64,000 nucleotides of DNA from the human T2T-CHM13v2.0 reference genome, Homo sapiens. The translations under genes and the position numbers were made by a program. The notes beneath the pieces were generated by a model. That model did no database searches and had not been told where the DNA came from. It saw only the letters and a list, made by a program, of their open reading frames with translations. Every line of letters starts with the position of its first letter. Position 1 is the first letter of the stretch. Of the stretch, positions 15,811 through 46,050 are shown piece by piece. The stretch is from the NCBI RefSeq assembly GCF_009914755.1, contig NC_060943.1; one strand, given 5' to 3'.

Positions 15811-16723
15811 TAGTTGTCATGCTTACACATAATTTGCTGTCACCATATGAACTGGAGAAAACTCCTTCCCTATACCTTTAAAATGCTTGTCCACTTCCAC
15901 TTGGAAACTGAATGGCACCAATGCCAGGCTAGTGGTTTTAGAAAGTGGCTCTCCAGATCTAAAATGTTTTCATGGATAAACCCCCTGTGTCCTTGTATTC
16001 CCCTACTAGCTTTTTAAACTCTTCTGATTTCCACCAAATAGAAGTTGCATATGGAAATATGCAGTTAGATGGGCCACCTGACTCCAATTGCAGCCCTCAG
16101 TCCACCATCTGAAAAAGCTCAGGAGATCTCAGAATTCTCCTAGTCTAAACTGACCCTTTTATTATAATTATTTTTTCTTGAGATAGGGTCTCACTCTGTC
16201 ACCCAGGCTGTTAGATCAATGCTTCAAAACATAGCTTCCTCTGAATCTGCAGTACAAAAGATGTTCTGCTATGTCTATTTCTGATAGCCTCTTCCTATAC
16301 TGATACTTTCTTTACTAGCATATATAGATTGCTTGCTTTAACAATTCAACCGAATATTTGATAACATCAAATTAATTTAACTCTATCACAGGTTGGGTTT
16401 GCAGGCAAGCAGACATTGAGATGGAGGTTATCACACAGGGCAATTATTTGGAATGGCTCTTGGCCTCAGTACCTGGGGAAGGTGGAGGAAGTAAACAGGA
16501 TTGGGCAGAGGGAGTAGACATGTTATGCATTCACAACAAAGGCCTCAGCCAATCCCACAGGAAGCTCTGTATCTGTAAAAGACCTTCAATGTGGTCCCAA
16601 GTTGGGAGGGAACCCTAGCTTTTATGCTGTCACATTAACTAGTCAATGAATGTGGGCATCCTCCTGCCAAAAGGGCATTGTTCTGACCACTTCTTCATGG
16701 AACATCTTCCTGTGTCTCCAAAT

Positions 16724-17779
16724 TGTGGGGAAAAGAAAGAGAGATCAGACTGTTACTGTGTCTATGTAGAAAGAAGTAGACATAAGAGACTCCATTTTGT
16801 TCTGTACTAAGAAAAACCGTTCTGCCTTGAGATGCTGTTAATCTGTAACCCTACCCCCAACCCTGTGCTTGCAGAGACATGTGCTATGTTGACTCAAGGT
16901 TTAATGGATTTAGGGCTATGCAGGATGTGCTTTGTTAAACAAGTGCCTGAAGGCAGTATGCTTGTTAAAAGTCATCACCACTCTCTAATCTCAAGTACCC
17001 AGGGACACAATACACTGCGAAAGGCCACAGGGACCTCTGCCTAGGAAAGCCAGGTATTGTCCAAAGTTTCTCCCCATGTGATAGTCTGAGATATGGCCTC
17101 GTGGGAAGGGAAAGACCTGACCATCCCCCAGCCCAACACCCGTAAAGGGTCTGTGCTGAGGAGGATTAGTAAAAGAGGAAGGCCTCTTTGCAGTTAAGAT
17201 AAGAGGAAGGCACCTGTCTCCTGCTCGTCCCTGGGCAATGGAATGTGTCAGTGTAAAACCCGATTGTATGTTCCATCTACTGAGATAGGAGAAAACCGCC
17301 TTAAGGCTGGAGGTGAGACATGCTGGCGGCAATACTGCTCTTTAATGCACCAGATATGTTTATGTATGTGCACATCAAAGCACAGCACCTTTTCTAACCT
17401 TGTTTAGGACACAGAGACATTTGTTCACATGTTTTCCTGCTCACCCTTTCCCCACTATTACCTTATTGTCCTGCCACATTCCCCTCTCCAAGATGGTAGA
17501 GATAATGATCAATAAATACTGAGGGAACTCAGAGACTGGTGCCGGCACGGGTCCTCCCTATGCTGAGCGCCGGTCCCCTGGGCCCACTTTTCTTTCTCTA
17601 TACTTTGTCTCTGTGTCTCTTTCTTTTCTCAGTCTCTTGTCCCACCCGATGAGAAACACCCACACCCAGCTTTAAAATTTCTCCTTTTGTACTCTTTCCC
17701 TTTATTTCTCAGACCGGCCAACACTTAGGGAAAATAGAAAAGAACCTACGTGAAATATCGGGCTGAATTTCCCCCGATA
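16724..17779 (+). mobile_element. HERV-K(HML-2) solo LTR, LTR5A-type
   Basis: Starts TGTGGGGAAAAGAAAGAGAGATCAGA, ends TTCCCCCGATA; 1056 bp; AATAAA near 17511; TSD CAAAT (16719-16723 / 17780-17784). Confidence 0.9.
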
Positions 17780-17974
17780 CAAATCACTTATTCCCTCGCC
17801 TCCTTTAAATATTTGCTTAAGTATCATTTCCCTATGAGAGCAACCCTACCCCCTCCATTCCCTACTGGAGTCCCTCCTACTCCACAGGCTTCTCATCACT
17901 GGGTTCTGCTCCTCCTGTTTCCTTTCCTATTGCACTTTTCACCTTATAAGTCACTACGTAACTTATAACATAAG

Positions 17975-19689
17975 TTTTTTTTTTTTTTTTTTTTTAATTG
18001 ATCATTCTTGCTTGTTTCTCATAGAGGGGGATTTGGCAGGGTCACAGGACAATAGTGGAGGGAAGGTCAGCAGACAAACAAGTGAACAAAGGTCTCTGGT
18101 TTTCCTAGGCAGAGGACCCTGCGGCCTTCCGCAGTGTTTGTGTCCCTGGGTACTTGAGATTAGGGAGTGGTGATGACTCTTAACAAGCATGCTGCCTTCA
18201 AGCATCTGTTTAACAAAGCACATCTTGCACTGCCCTTAATCCATTCAACCCTGAGTGGACACAGCACATGTTTCAGAGAGCACAGGGTTGGGGGTAAGGT
18301 CACAGATCAACAGGATCCCAAGGCAGAAGAATTTCTCTTAGTACAGAACAAAATGAAAAGTCTCCCATATCTACGTCTTTCTACACAGACACGGCAACCA
18401 TCCGATTTCTCAATCTTTTCCCCACCTTTCCCCTCTCTCTATTCCACAAAACCGCCATTGTCATCATGGCCCGTTCTCAGTGAGCTGTTGGGTACACCTC
18501 CCAGACGGGGTGGTGGCCGGGCAGAGGAGCTCCTTACTTCCCAGTAGGGGCGGCCGGGCAGAGGCGCCCCTCACCTCCCGGATGGGGCGGCTGGCCGGGC
18601 AGGGGGCTGACCCCCCCACCTCCCTCCCGGACGGGGCGGCTGGCCGGGCGGGGGACTGACCCCCCCCACCTCCCTCCCGGACGGGGTGGCTGCCAGGCGG
18701 AGACGCTCCTCACTTCCCAGACGGGGTGGCTGCCGGGCGGAGGGGCTCCTCACTTCTCAGACGGGGCGGCTGCCGGGCGGAGGGGCTCCTCACTTTTCAG
18801 ACGGGGCGGTTGCCAGGCAGAGGGTCTCCTCACTTCTCAGACGGGGCGGCCGGGCAGAGACGCTCCTCACATCCCGGACGGGGCGGCAGGGCAGAGGCGC
18901 TCCCCACATCTCAGACGATGGGCAGCCGGGCAGAGACACTCCTCACTTCCTAGATGGGATGGCGGCCGGGAAGAGGCGCTCCTCACTTCCTAGATGGGAT
19001 GGCGGCCGGGCAGAGACGCTCCTCACTTTCCAGACTGGGCAGCCGGGCAGAGGGGCTCCTCACATCCCAGATGATGGGCGGCCGGGCAGAGGGGCTCCTC
19101 ACATCCCAGACGATGGGCGGCCAGGCAGAGACGCTCCTCACTTCCCAGACGGGGTGGCGGCCGGGCAGAGGCTGCAATCTCGGCACTTTGGGAGGCCAAG
19201 GCAGGTGGCTGGGAGGTGGAGGTTGTAGCGAGCCGAGATCACGCCACTGCACTCCAGCCTGGGCACCATTGAGCACTGAGTGAACGAGACTCCGTCTGCA
19301 ATCCCGGCACCTCAGGAGGCCGAGGCTGGCGGATCACTCGCGGTTAGGAGCTGGAGACCAGCCCAGCCAACACAGCGAAACCCCGTCTCCACCAAAAAAA
19401 TACGAAAACCAGTCAGGCATGGCGGCACGCACCTGCAATCGCAGGCACTCGGCAGGCTGAGGCAGGAGAATCAGGCAGGGAGGTTGCAGTGAGCCGAGAT
19501 GGCAGCAGTACAGTCCAGCTTCGGCTCGGCATCAGAGGGAGACCGTGGAAAGAGAGGGAGAGGGAGACCGTGGGGAGAGGGAGACGGGAGAGGGAGAGGG
19601 AGACGGGAGAGGGAGAGGGAGATGGGAGAGGGAGAGGGAGATGGGAGAGGGAGACGGGAGAGGGAGAGGGAGACCTTCTGAGGACTGTC
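17975..19689 (-). mobile_element. Full-length SVA retrotransposon (SVA_D-like)
   Basis: On +: poly-T, SINE-R (~17997-18490), GC-rich VNTR (~18500-19170), Alu-like domain (~19170-19540), (AGAGGG)n hexamers (~19545-19674); TSD AACATAAGTT (17967-17976 / 19690-19699). Confidence 0.95.
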
Positions 19690-21638
19690 AACATAAGTTA
19701 TAACATAACATATATAACATAACTTGTTATGTTATATTGTATATAACATAACTTATAACATAACTTATAGCATAAGTTACATATATGTAACATAGGTTAC
19801 ATAACTTATAACACCTTATAAGTCACTATGTAACTTATAACATTTCCTTTATTATTTATTGTCTGCTTCTCTCAATTCAAATTAAGGTAGATAAATTTCT
19901 TTGTTCACACATCTAGAAATGCATCTGCAACAGGGCGGGTGCTCAGTTAGTATTTGTTAAAACACACAGGAACCATGGCTTTACACCTGTTTACTCTCTC
20001 TAAATCAACCCTCAATGATTCCTTTCCCTCCACATTTATGATTGTTCAATGTTATCAGGAAGAGAAATAAATCATAATTTGAAGAAACAAAAATTTAATG
20101 GTAGCCACAATTATAGTAGAACCATTACCTCAACTGAATTCCTCACATCTCAGAACTCAGGATTCTGTACTTACCTCCCACTGGGACGTATCTTTTCCAG
20201 GCATCACAGATAATTTTCTTCTCCAGCTATCTTATGATTCTTTTTGTATAATTTCATTAATCAACATTAACAGCCTTCTAGGAATTGCTCACTTCACAAA
20301 TGTTTTTTGGAGGTAATCTCAGTTCCCTATGAAGACTCTGTCTCTGCACTTCCAGATGAGAGGAAAATCACTCCCAGAAAGAGATGAGACAATGGAATCC
20401 CAAGCCTTTATCTCAGCGTTCGGATGACCTCTCTTGACAAATGCACAAGATAATACAACTGCGGCCACTATCCTAGTTGGAAACACAATTTGGTAAGTGG
20501 TTATTCTTTTCAGATAAACGTATGGAACTTAGACGAAATATATTTCAGGAAATGCAGTGAGAAACATTATAAGGGGGAAAGTTCTGCTCTCCTAGATTAG
20601 AACATCACTGACAGTGGCCAGAGAAAGTTTCCTGAGGGATCAGGGACTGTCATTTTCCACTGGATGCTCAGATTCCAGCTGTAGGGTTTGTGAGTATCCT
20701 TCCTCCCTCTTCCATGAGACAGCCTCATCTGAAATCTCCAATTTACCTCTGACGATTAAACACCTAGACCCTCACTATAGTCACACAAGTCTTCACTCAA
20801 AACACAAGGGCATAGCAGTAAGATTGCGATCCTTAGCTGTCATCTATGGAGTGATCACTTTTGAGGGGCACTTTTTGAATAAATCATTTCAAAATCATTT
20901 CAAAAATTTTCTCAAAAAAAAAACCCTATGATTTAAAAATTTCTTTGACATTCTAAGTATTCTACTAATCTATTTTATTTCTACCCACCATGGAACCCAC
21001 ATTTCCCTCTGCAAAATACAAATTTCTATTGTATTCACCCCTCACCCCTGAACATAAATTTATCCTCCCAAACAAATTTCTGCCCAGATGACATTTTGAC
21101 GGCTATTTACACATCCCCATCTCAGAGAGCACATTGTACATAATTTGGCCCTTAATGCAGCCTCTATGAAAAGTCCTTTAATCAGGGGACTAGATGAGTC
21201 CTTATTTGTCTTGAATGTCTCTAGTTCCTCCAGGACAGAAGTGATCAGTGACCACAGCCAGTTCAGGAATCACAGGATATTGCAAATTTGTCTCCGATTG
21301 ACATGAATTGGGTGGATTCTCACTCCAGGTCTATCACCTTCTTATTTGTTAATGAAATATTTGTCTTCAGACATTGTAATAGATACCCAATGAGTTTCAG
21401 AGGGTTTGAAAATGAACACTTTAGACATGAATAGCCTATATGGTGAACTTACAGAGGCAAAGCGACTGGTCAACAAACAGCTGCTCTACCAAAAAAGCCT
21501 GGAGTTACAAAGCAGATGAACATTTTTGCAGAGCTGGAAACTAATTCCAATAAGGCTAAAAACTTGCTACTGCTGGTAGGGAAAATCCTAACTATTGACA
21601 GTCAAATGCTTTTGATGCGAGGCTACTTAGGTTGATGT

Positions 21639-22460
21639 TGATAAGAGAAAAGTTCCCTTGTCCCCCTGGCAGGGCGTGCGATGGGGGTGTGGCTCGCTTC
21701 TTCAGTGTCCCGCTGCTCAAACCTCCAGGGGAGTATACAGACGGGCGGGCTGTGGGGCTCTGACCCCATGGCAGTGTCTAGGGGTGAATGTTTATAGCTG
21801 AAGCCCCAGTGGGCGTGTTACAGGATGCTCTTTAGCTGTCCGCAGGCGGCTTATGTTAGTCAATTCAATTAGATCCCTGCGTTATCGCAAGGACAGAGGG
21901 CTTTCATATCCCGGGGTTCCTGTCTTGGTGTACCAGAAGAATCAGATCACACATGGGCTTGGAGGATGACTGCAGGGTTTTGAGTGGAAGTAGCTCTCAA
22001 CAGTTGGGGGAGCCAGAAGGGAAATGGTTTTCCCCTGGAATCGGGCTGCTCCGCAGCACCGGCTCTCCTTGGACTGCCCCAGCCAAACTCCGCGTCCTTC
22101 TGGTGGGTGGCCTGCCCGCGTGCCAGCGTCTGTCATGTCTTCTTCCGCCAACATGTTCCTCTGGATGTCCAGCGGCTTGTGTGTCTGCTTGCTAGGGTCT
22201 CAGAGTATTTATAGGGACAGGATGGGGGCGGGAACAGGATGGGGGCGTGGCAGGCCAGGGTGGTCTTGGGAAACGCAACATTTGGGCAGGAAAACAAAAA
22301 TGCCTGCCCTCACCTAGGTCAGTTGGCACAGGGCCAGGGGTGGAGCCCTAGCCAGGGACCACACCCTCCTGTACCCAGCACCTCCCTTTCCCCCTTCCAT
22401 ATCATTTAAAGGGACCCCGCCCTTCCCTCCCCAGCACTCCCCTTCCCCACCTCCTTATCA
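21639..22460 (-). mobile_element. ERV1 solo LTR, LTR1/LTR28 (HUERS-P) family
   Basis: TGATA...TATCA termini; 4-bp TSD ATGT; minus-strand start TGATAAGGAGGTGGGGAAGGGAGTGCTGGG with duplicated head; CCTATAAA TATA-like box near 22208. Confidence 0.8.
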
Positions 22461-22523
22461 ATGTCATCACCCTGGACTGACTCCAGGAATCACTGTAATG
22501 TGGGCTTAATAAGAACAGAGCTC

Positions 22524-22877
<354 letters not shown>

Positions 22878-23399
22878 TCAGTTTTAGCATTACATAAACC
22901 AAAAGAAGAATGCCATAAAGGCTACAGGCAGCTAATACAGAGAGGTGTTACTGGAAAAGGAACCAGAAAGAGTAAATATCTCCTAAACGTATGATGGGAC
23001 AGAAAGATAAATGCCTATTACATATAGTTAATATCTGTTTGATTAGCCTTATTTACATTCTCCTTTTAAAAGGTCTTACATTTAGCATCTTAGATAGAAC
23101 CCACAAAATTTAAATATTTAATAGAAACTTAAAATTCCTGTATCAGAGGACAGAAATATATTTTTCTCACACGTGATTAGTCTAATTGCCACTATTAATC
23201 CTATTAATATTCTGTTAAATAATAGCATTTCTGTAGCGAAAAGCAAACAGTACGGAAAGATAATTTCAAACACCTAGTTTTCATATTTTTGTGTTAAAGT
23301 AATAACATATTTTGGTATAGATTATCATTTTTTGTTTGTTTTTGTTTTTGCTTTTTCTGACCTGGTGTGTTAATGCCCTGGGTTGGCCCTCTAAGAAGC

Positions 23400-23960
23400 T
23401 GGCCACCTACTTCGGGCCTCAGGTGTCAGACGCCCCAGCTTCGAGGTCTATGGCTCCCAGCAACTCGAGCGCCTGCGCCTGCGCATTCTCAGCCGGACGG
23501 GAGCGCCCAGAAGTCTCCGGGCGCCGGTGGGCGGCCTTGTGGACTGCGCCGGGCATGCTCGGCGGTGTGACGGCTCAGGACTGCATTTCCCAGAGGCTGC
23601 AGCTATCCGGCCAATGTAGCCTGAAACTACATTTCTCAGCGGCCACTGGAACGACCTCAATCTCTGCCTCCTCGCCAGTTCATTGTGGTCGTTGACCCGG
23701 CAGCGAGCTTTGGAGTTCATCGAGGGAGAAGTCAGCGCCCAGCTCCGAGGTTGGAGCAGCCCCGCCGGGCAACTTGAATTTCTGCAAACGAACACAGCAC
23801 CGGGAGCTCTGCAGACCTGTGTCGGCGCGGAACCCGGACTGAGACATGCGTGAGCGTTGGGTGGACCGGGCGAGGATCCCGGGCCGGCGAGTGCGGGAGC
23901 GGCAGGGCAGGGAGGGTGCGTCGGCCGGGGCCGGTGTGCATCCGCGAAGACTGGGTGCAT
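23400..23960. promoter_or_regulatory. CpG-island promoter of ZNF30 with non-coding exon 1 (donor after 23849); likely bidirectional
   Basis: CpG-dense; tandem NRF1-like GCGCCTGCGCCTGCGCA 23469-23485; two ZNF143/THAP11-type ACTACAnnTCCCA-like motifs at 23579-23597 and 23626-23643; CCAAT 23611-23615; donor ATGC|gtgagc. Confidence 0.85.
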
Positions 23961-24553
23961 GGCCTCCATGCGAACCTGAGCTATTAATATTTGTTACTAT
24001 TTTGGATAAAATCACTGTAATTGATTTATGTAAAGGAGCAAAAGACTCTTCAACTCTCAGTTTAAAAAGGAAACGATAGTTATGATACCTTTTGCATGCA
24101 GCGGGAAGAAATGGGATTGCCAGGAAGCCTCTTCTTGTTTGGAAAAAACTGTATAAAGTATTTACACCTTTTAAAGATGAGAGCAATGTCATCTGAAAAT
24201 TATCAGTGCAGGGAAAAGGACTTCAAAGGATCTGTTGTGCAGATTACTTAACTAATGACAAAATTATGTAAGAAAGGAGAGCAAGATGACAGCTGTAAAC
24301 ATTTCCATCAATCTCCATATTGCACAGAAATAGGACCCAGCTTTTTCTTAAGGTTCTTCAATTTTGCATTATCCCACAGCAGTAGCTCTCTCTCTCTAGC
24401 TGCTAGGGGACAGAGGAAATTGAAATGTCAGAGAATCTTTTCTGTTGGTTTTTTATTTGTTTGTTTTTAAAGAAGAGTTGCTCTTAATTTTTTAGTTAGA
24501 ATTAAAAGAAAGCATGCCAGAGAAACTTACGTTTTAAGTAAAAAGTGGAAACA

Positions 24554-24855
24554 GGTCGGGTGCCATGGCTCATGCCTGTAATCCCAGCACTTTGGGAAGC
24601 TGAGGCGGGTGGATTGCCTGAGCTCAGGAGTTCGAGACCACCAACATGGCAACATGGTGAAACCCCGTCTCTACTAAAAATATAAAAATTAGCCAGGCAT
24701 GGTGGCGTGCGCTTGTAGTCACAGCTACTTGAGAGGCGGAGGTGGGAGAAGTGCTTGAAGCTGGGAGGCGGCGGAGGTTGCAGTGAGTGGAGATGGCACC
24801 ACCGCAATCCAGCCTGGGCGACAGAGCGAGATCCCTTCTCTAAAAAAAAAAAAAA
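24554..24855 (+). mobile_element. Alu followed by (TA)n(TAGA)n
   Basis: TSD AAGTGGAAACA. Confidence 0.9.
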
Positions 24856-24969
24856 TATATATATATATAGATAGATAGATAGATAGATACATAAATTAAA
24901 TTAAGTGGAAACAAGTGTTTAATTAAAATGAAATAAAGGATGTATAATGTTTACGTAATAACTCCAATG

Positions 24970-25598
<629 letters not shown>

Positions 25599-25614
25599 TA
25601 GTAAGAGCTAACTC

Positions 25615-25930
25615 GGCTGCGCGCGGTGGCTCACGCCTGTAATCCCAGCACTTTGGGAGGCTGAGGCGGGCGGATCACGAAGTCAGGAGATGGAGACCAT
25701 CCTGGCCAACATGGTGAAATTCCGTCTCTACTAAAAATACAAAACTTAGCTGGGCGTGACTATGCGCCTGTAGTCCTAGCTACTCGGGAGGGAGGCAGAG
25801 GCAGGAGAATCACTTGAATCTGGGTGGCGTAGGTTGCCGTGAGCCAAGATGGCGCCACTGCACTCACTCCAGCCTGGGTGACAGGGCGAGACTCCGTCTC
25901 AAAAAATAAAACAAAACAAAACAAAACAAA
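25615..25930 (+). mobile_element. Alu (AluS)
   Basis: TSD AAGAGC(T/C)AACTC. Confidence 0.9.
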
Positions 25931-26561
25931 AGAGCCAACTCATGTTAAGCAAGTATTCTATTAACTTTTGGGGTGGGTTTTCTTATTCTTCAGGACAACC
26001 ACATGTTGGAGCTGATACTCCTATTACTATTTTAGTGATGAGAAAACTGAGCCATATTAGTAACTGCCTGATCATTTTCTCCTATGTTCTCTACCTCCCG
26101 TGTCTTGACCAACCTCAGATTTATACTGTCACCATTAAAGAAGCTCTGGATTGGGTGATATGGACTCTTTCTTAGGCTTAGAACGTGGGAATGGAGTGAG
26201 GAGAATCTGTTCAAGAGAAGACTGTGCAACCCAATTTGAGACCTAGATCAACATTCCCAAAATGGGGGCCTGGTGGGAAAGCTTGTGTCTGATTCTGCCT
26301 TCCTTAAGAAGTGCCACACCTCTGCGATCAACTCTGTACAGCTTAGTTAACTGGGGCTTGAATTCCACTGTTCTCCAAATTTTGTTTGAGGGTGTTTGTA
26401 GCACAGTTTGGAAGCTGAAATGAAGGGACAGGAAGGTTTATTAATGTATGTCATTGAGAACACTAAAGCCTCCTTTTCTCCTCTCTGGATTTTCTAGCTT
26501 TTGAACTTCTCAGATAGAGGAACCCCAGTGAAGACTGATCAGTTCTTACAATTCTCAAAGC

Positions 26562-41453
<14,892 letters not shown>

Positions 41454-41758
41454 GAGTCTGAGGAGTGTGGGAAGTGCTTCGTGTGTGGCTCAAACATTGT
41501 TGAACATCGGGGAATTTATGCTGGTAGGAAACTTTCAAATGTGAAGAATATTGGCAGGTCTATTCTCATCTTATAATTCATAATATAACTCAGAAAACAT
41601 AAGAATATTCCTTTGTCATTTATAGGTTTGTAATACCAATATTTATACTGGTGGACCATTCAGAAAAAGTGGGAAACGTTATTACTTAATGGTTACAGCA
41701 CTGACAGCATGAACTTTTATATGATGCATTTATTCTAATGTGATTGTATGAACAAGTG

Positions 41759-41764
41759 AATAAA
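41759..41764 (+). terminator. Probable ZNF30 polyadenylation signal AATAAA
   Basis: First AATAAA I found after the stop codon, about 300 nt downstream. Confidence 0.65.
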
Positions 41765-41994
41765 AAACCTTGGACCTCCTAAACCACTGCTGAACTTCAA
41801 ATAATTCATTATTTTTTAAAACCAGTTAACAATGTAATGAAAGCCTTTAGCCATGGCACTCACGTTAACTATCATCATTGTTATTCCACTGCCTTGCAGC
41901 CAGTTAGATATTAGGCACTACACTTATCACCTTACAGCATTGTTTTAAAATGGTGATAATAGAACCTACATTCTTATTAAAAAAAAAAAAAAAA

Positions 41995-42460
<466 letters not shown>

Positions 42461-42479
42461 CTATCTGGCACCTATCAGG

Positions 42480-43400
42480 GACATGAGAGTTCCATTGGAT
42501 AGCTTTACCGAGAACCCAGAATTGTGTATTCTGGGAAGGGAAATGTATGCCTTTGTTATTATCAGTAATATCTAACACTGAAGGAAATAAGGAGTTATTT
42601 GGCCTTGTATTGTGGCCATAGTATATCTAGAGACATGTGTGATTTACGTTTATATTTTAGGTATCTGTAAGGTAGGAGATTGCTAGAGTTTTTACTCTGA
42701 AGTGCACAACTCTTAGGCAATGGCCCAATAGTTTGCAATAAATGTGAAGATGAGGCCATTTGTTGACCAGGTCATCCAGTGCTAAGATGACTGCCTGAAG
42801 TTTGGCCAATTGTGTTGACTGCTGGGGACATCCTGTCTAAGATGCAAAGTAGCAAGATTCCACTAATTTAAAAAACAACACACAAAAAATCAATATTTAT
42901 GATGGTTGGCAGTGTCGTTCATACAGTCTGCAAACTGCTATTGCTGTTTACTTAGTTAATCCCAAGGGTCTCCCCAGGTAGCCAACCAGTCTAGGAGAGG
43001 GGGTGACTTCTTCCAGTACCATGGCATGTGGCAAGAGACTGAGGACAAAGGAGACCACCTCTCCTGTAGATGGAATACGCCAGAGGGCCCAGATTTGGCT
43101 CTATCCTGTATTAAGGAGGCCTCGGTAGCCATGCCAAGTTTGTAGGTTGCTGTTTCTTGACTCAAAACAAATGGGCAGCTAAGTATTAGGTCTGTGAAAG
43201 TCTCTATTTCTAGAAGAGCCTAGTATGTAGCTAGTCAGTTTGTTTTAATGGAGGCATAGCATGATTTTGAGAAGGGCAGTTTCTTGTATCAGAAGCCCTT
43301 GGGAAACTTCTGGCCATCAGAGGTGGTCTAGAGACTCAAGGACACATGAGAAGAGGTTGCCAAAGCCTTGACAGTGAAGGGATCTCTTAGGGCGCTAACA
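42480..43400 (-). mobile_element. Decayed ERV-L-type pol (RNase H) internal fragment
   Basis: Minus strand 42823-42715 translates QSTQLAKLQAVILALDDL...HIY/ANYWAIA, matching the SAQxAELxAVxLAL...IYTDSWAVA motif. Confidence 0.55.
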
Positions 43401-43429
43401 AATGTGTCTGTCGATGTCAATGTGGACAC

Positions 43430-44990
<1,561 letters not shown>

Positions 44991-45599
44991 AAAAAGAACC
45001 CCAAATCTCTACTTCCTGGAATTCTTACCCTTGGGTACCCCTCACACATTTTACAAGGGTTGATCTGTAAAGCCCGTATAAAACAGAAAACATGAGAACA
45101 TGTAACTTCCAATTTTAGGTTATTGAAGACACTGGTCTCCTTCTTGGGTAGACTCTCCTGCTCTTGGATCACTTTCTCTGTTTGAAAGAATCCCTGTGAC
45201 GAGCATCCCTATGGAGAGATCCATGTGGCAAGGAACTAAAGCTTCCTGTCAACTGCCATGGAAAAGAGATTAGAATTGAATCTTCCAGCCTCCAGCAAGT
45301 TTCCTGAGACTGTAGCTCCAGAGACAGCTTAACTGCAATTTCATGGGGGATTCTCAACCTTGACCTACCTAAGCTGCTTCCAGATTAATGTAATATTCTA
45401 AAATATGTAAACAAATGTAGAGTGACAGAAAGCAGATCAGTGGTTTCCTAAAGACGGGTAGGTGGATAAGGAGGAAGAGATTACAAAGAGCCCAAGAAAA
45501 CCTTTAATTTCATGGCTATAAACATGTACCAAAACTTGTACCTGTGAAATATGTGTAGTTTAGACTTCAATAAAGCTGTTTTTCTAAAAAGAAAAAAAA

Positions 45600-46050
45600 A
45601 TACTTAAAAAAATCCTCATTTCCTAATTATTTTACTATTATCTATGCTTTAGAGGTTATTTACGTTTATTGCATCTATTCAGTGGAAACAGAATACAATG
45701 GCGTGCTATTGCACATATCTTCCCAACTCCATATTCAGAGACATCATGTTGTAGCTTGAAATTGGCCAAGACAGAAGTATTTACACCTAGGGTATTGGTA
45801 AACACTACAAACCAGAACTTGATCTGTTGTTTTATTGACCAGGTAGACTTAAGAAAGCAGAGAATATGTTAATAATTCAGATTAAACTTAAAAGTGTTTC
45901 ATGTCTCTAGTTTCCCATTGTGAACAGCACAAAATTTTGAGGAAATATTCTTCCAATATTCAAAATTACCCTACAAAACAAATAAGTCACTGGCATTATT
46001 AATAAATGACTGCAGTTCCAAAAAATTTCTTTACTATTTCAATATCAACT
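45600..46050. mobile_element. MER63-like hAT DNA transposon fragment
   Basis: TTCCTAATTATTTTACTATTATCTATGCT...GTAGCTTGAAATTGGCC...GTATTTACACC. Confidence 0.6.

Noticed and set aside
18500-19170. Regularly spaced ~40-bp repeats that superficially resemble a CRISPR-like array
   Set aside because: This is the SVA VNTR: there are no unique spacers and the context is eukaryotic.
20356-20491. Exon-like + strand segment (ttccag|...TTG|gtaagt)
   Set aside because: Stops in all three frames and no recognisable homology or partner exons; cannot be supported from sequence alone.
23551-23560. Perfect p53 half-site GGGCATGCTC in the ZNF30 promoter
   Set aside because: No adjacent second half-site.
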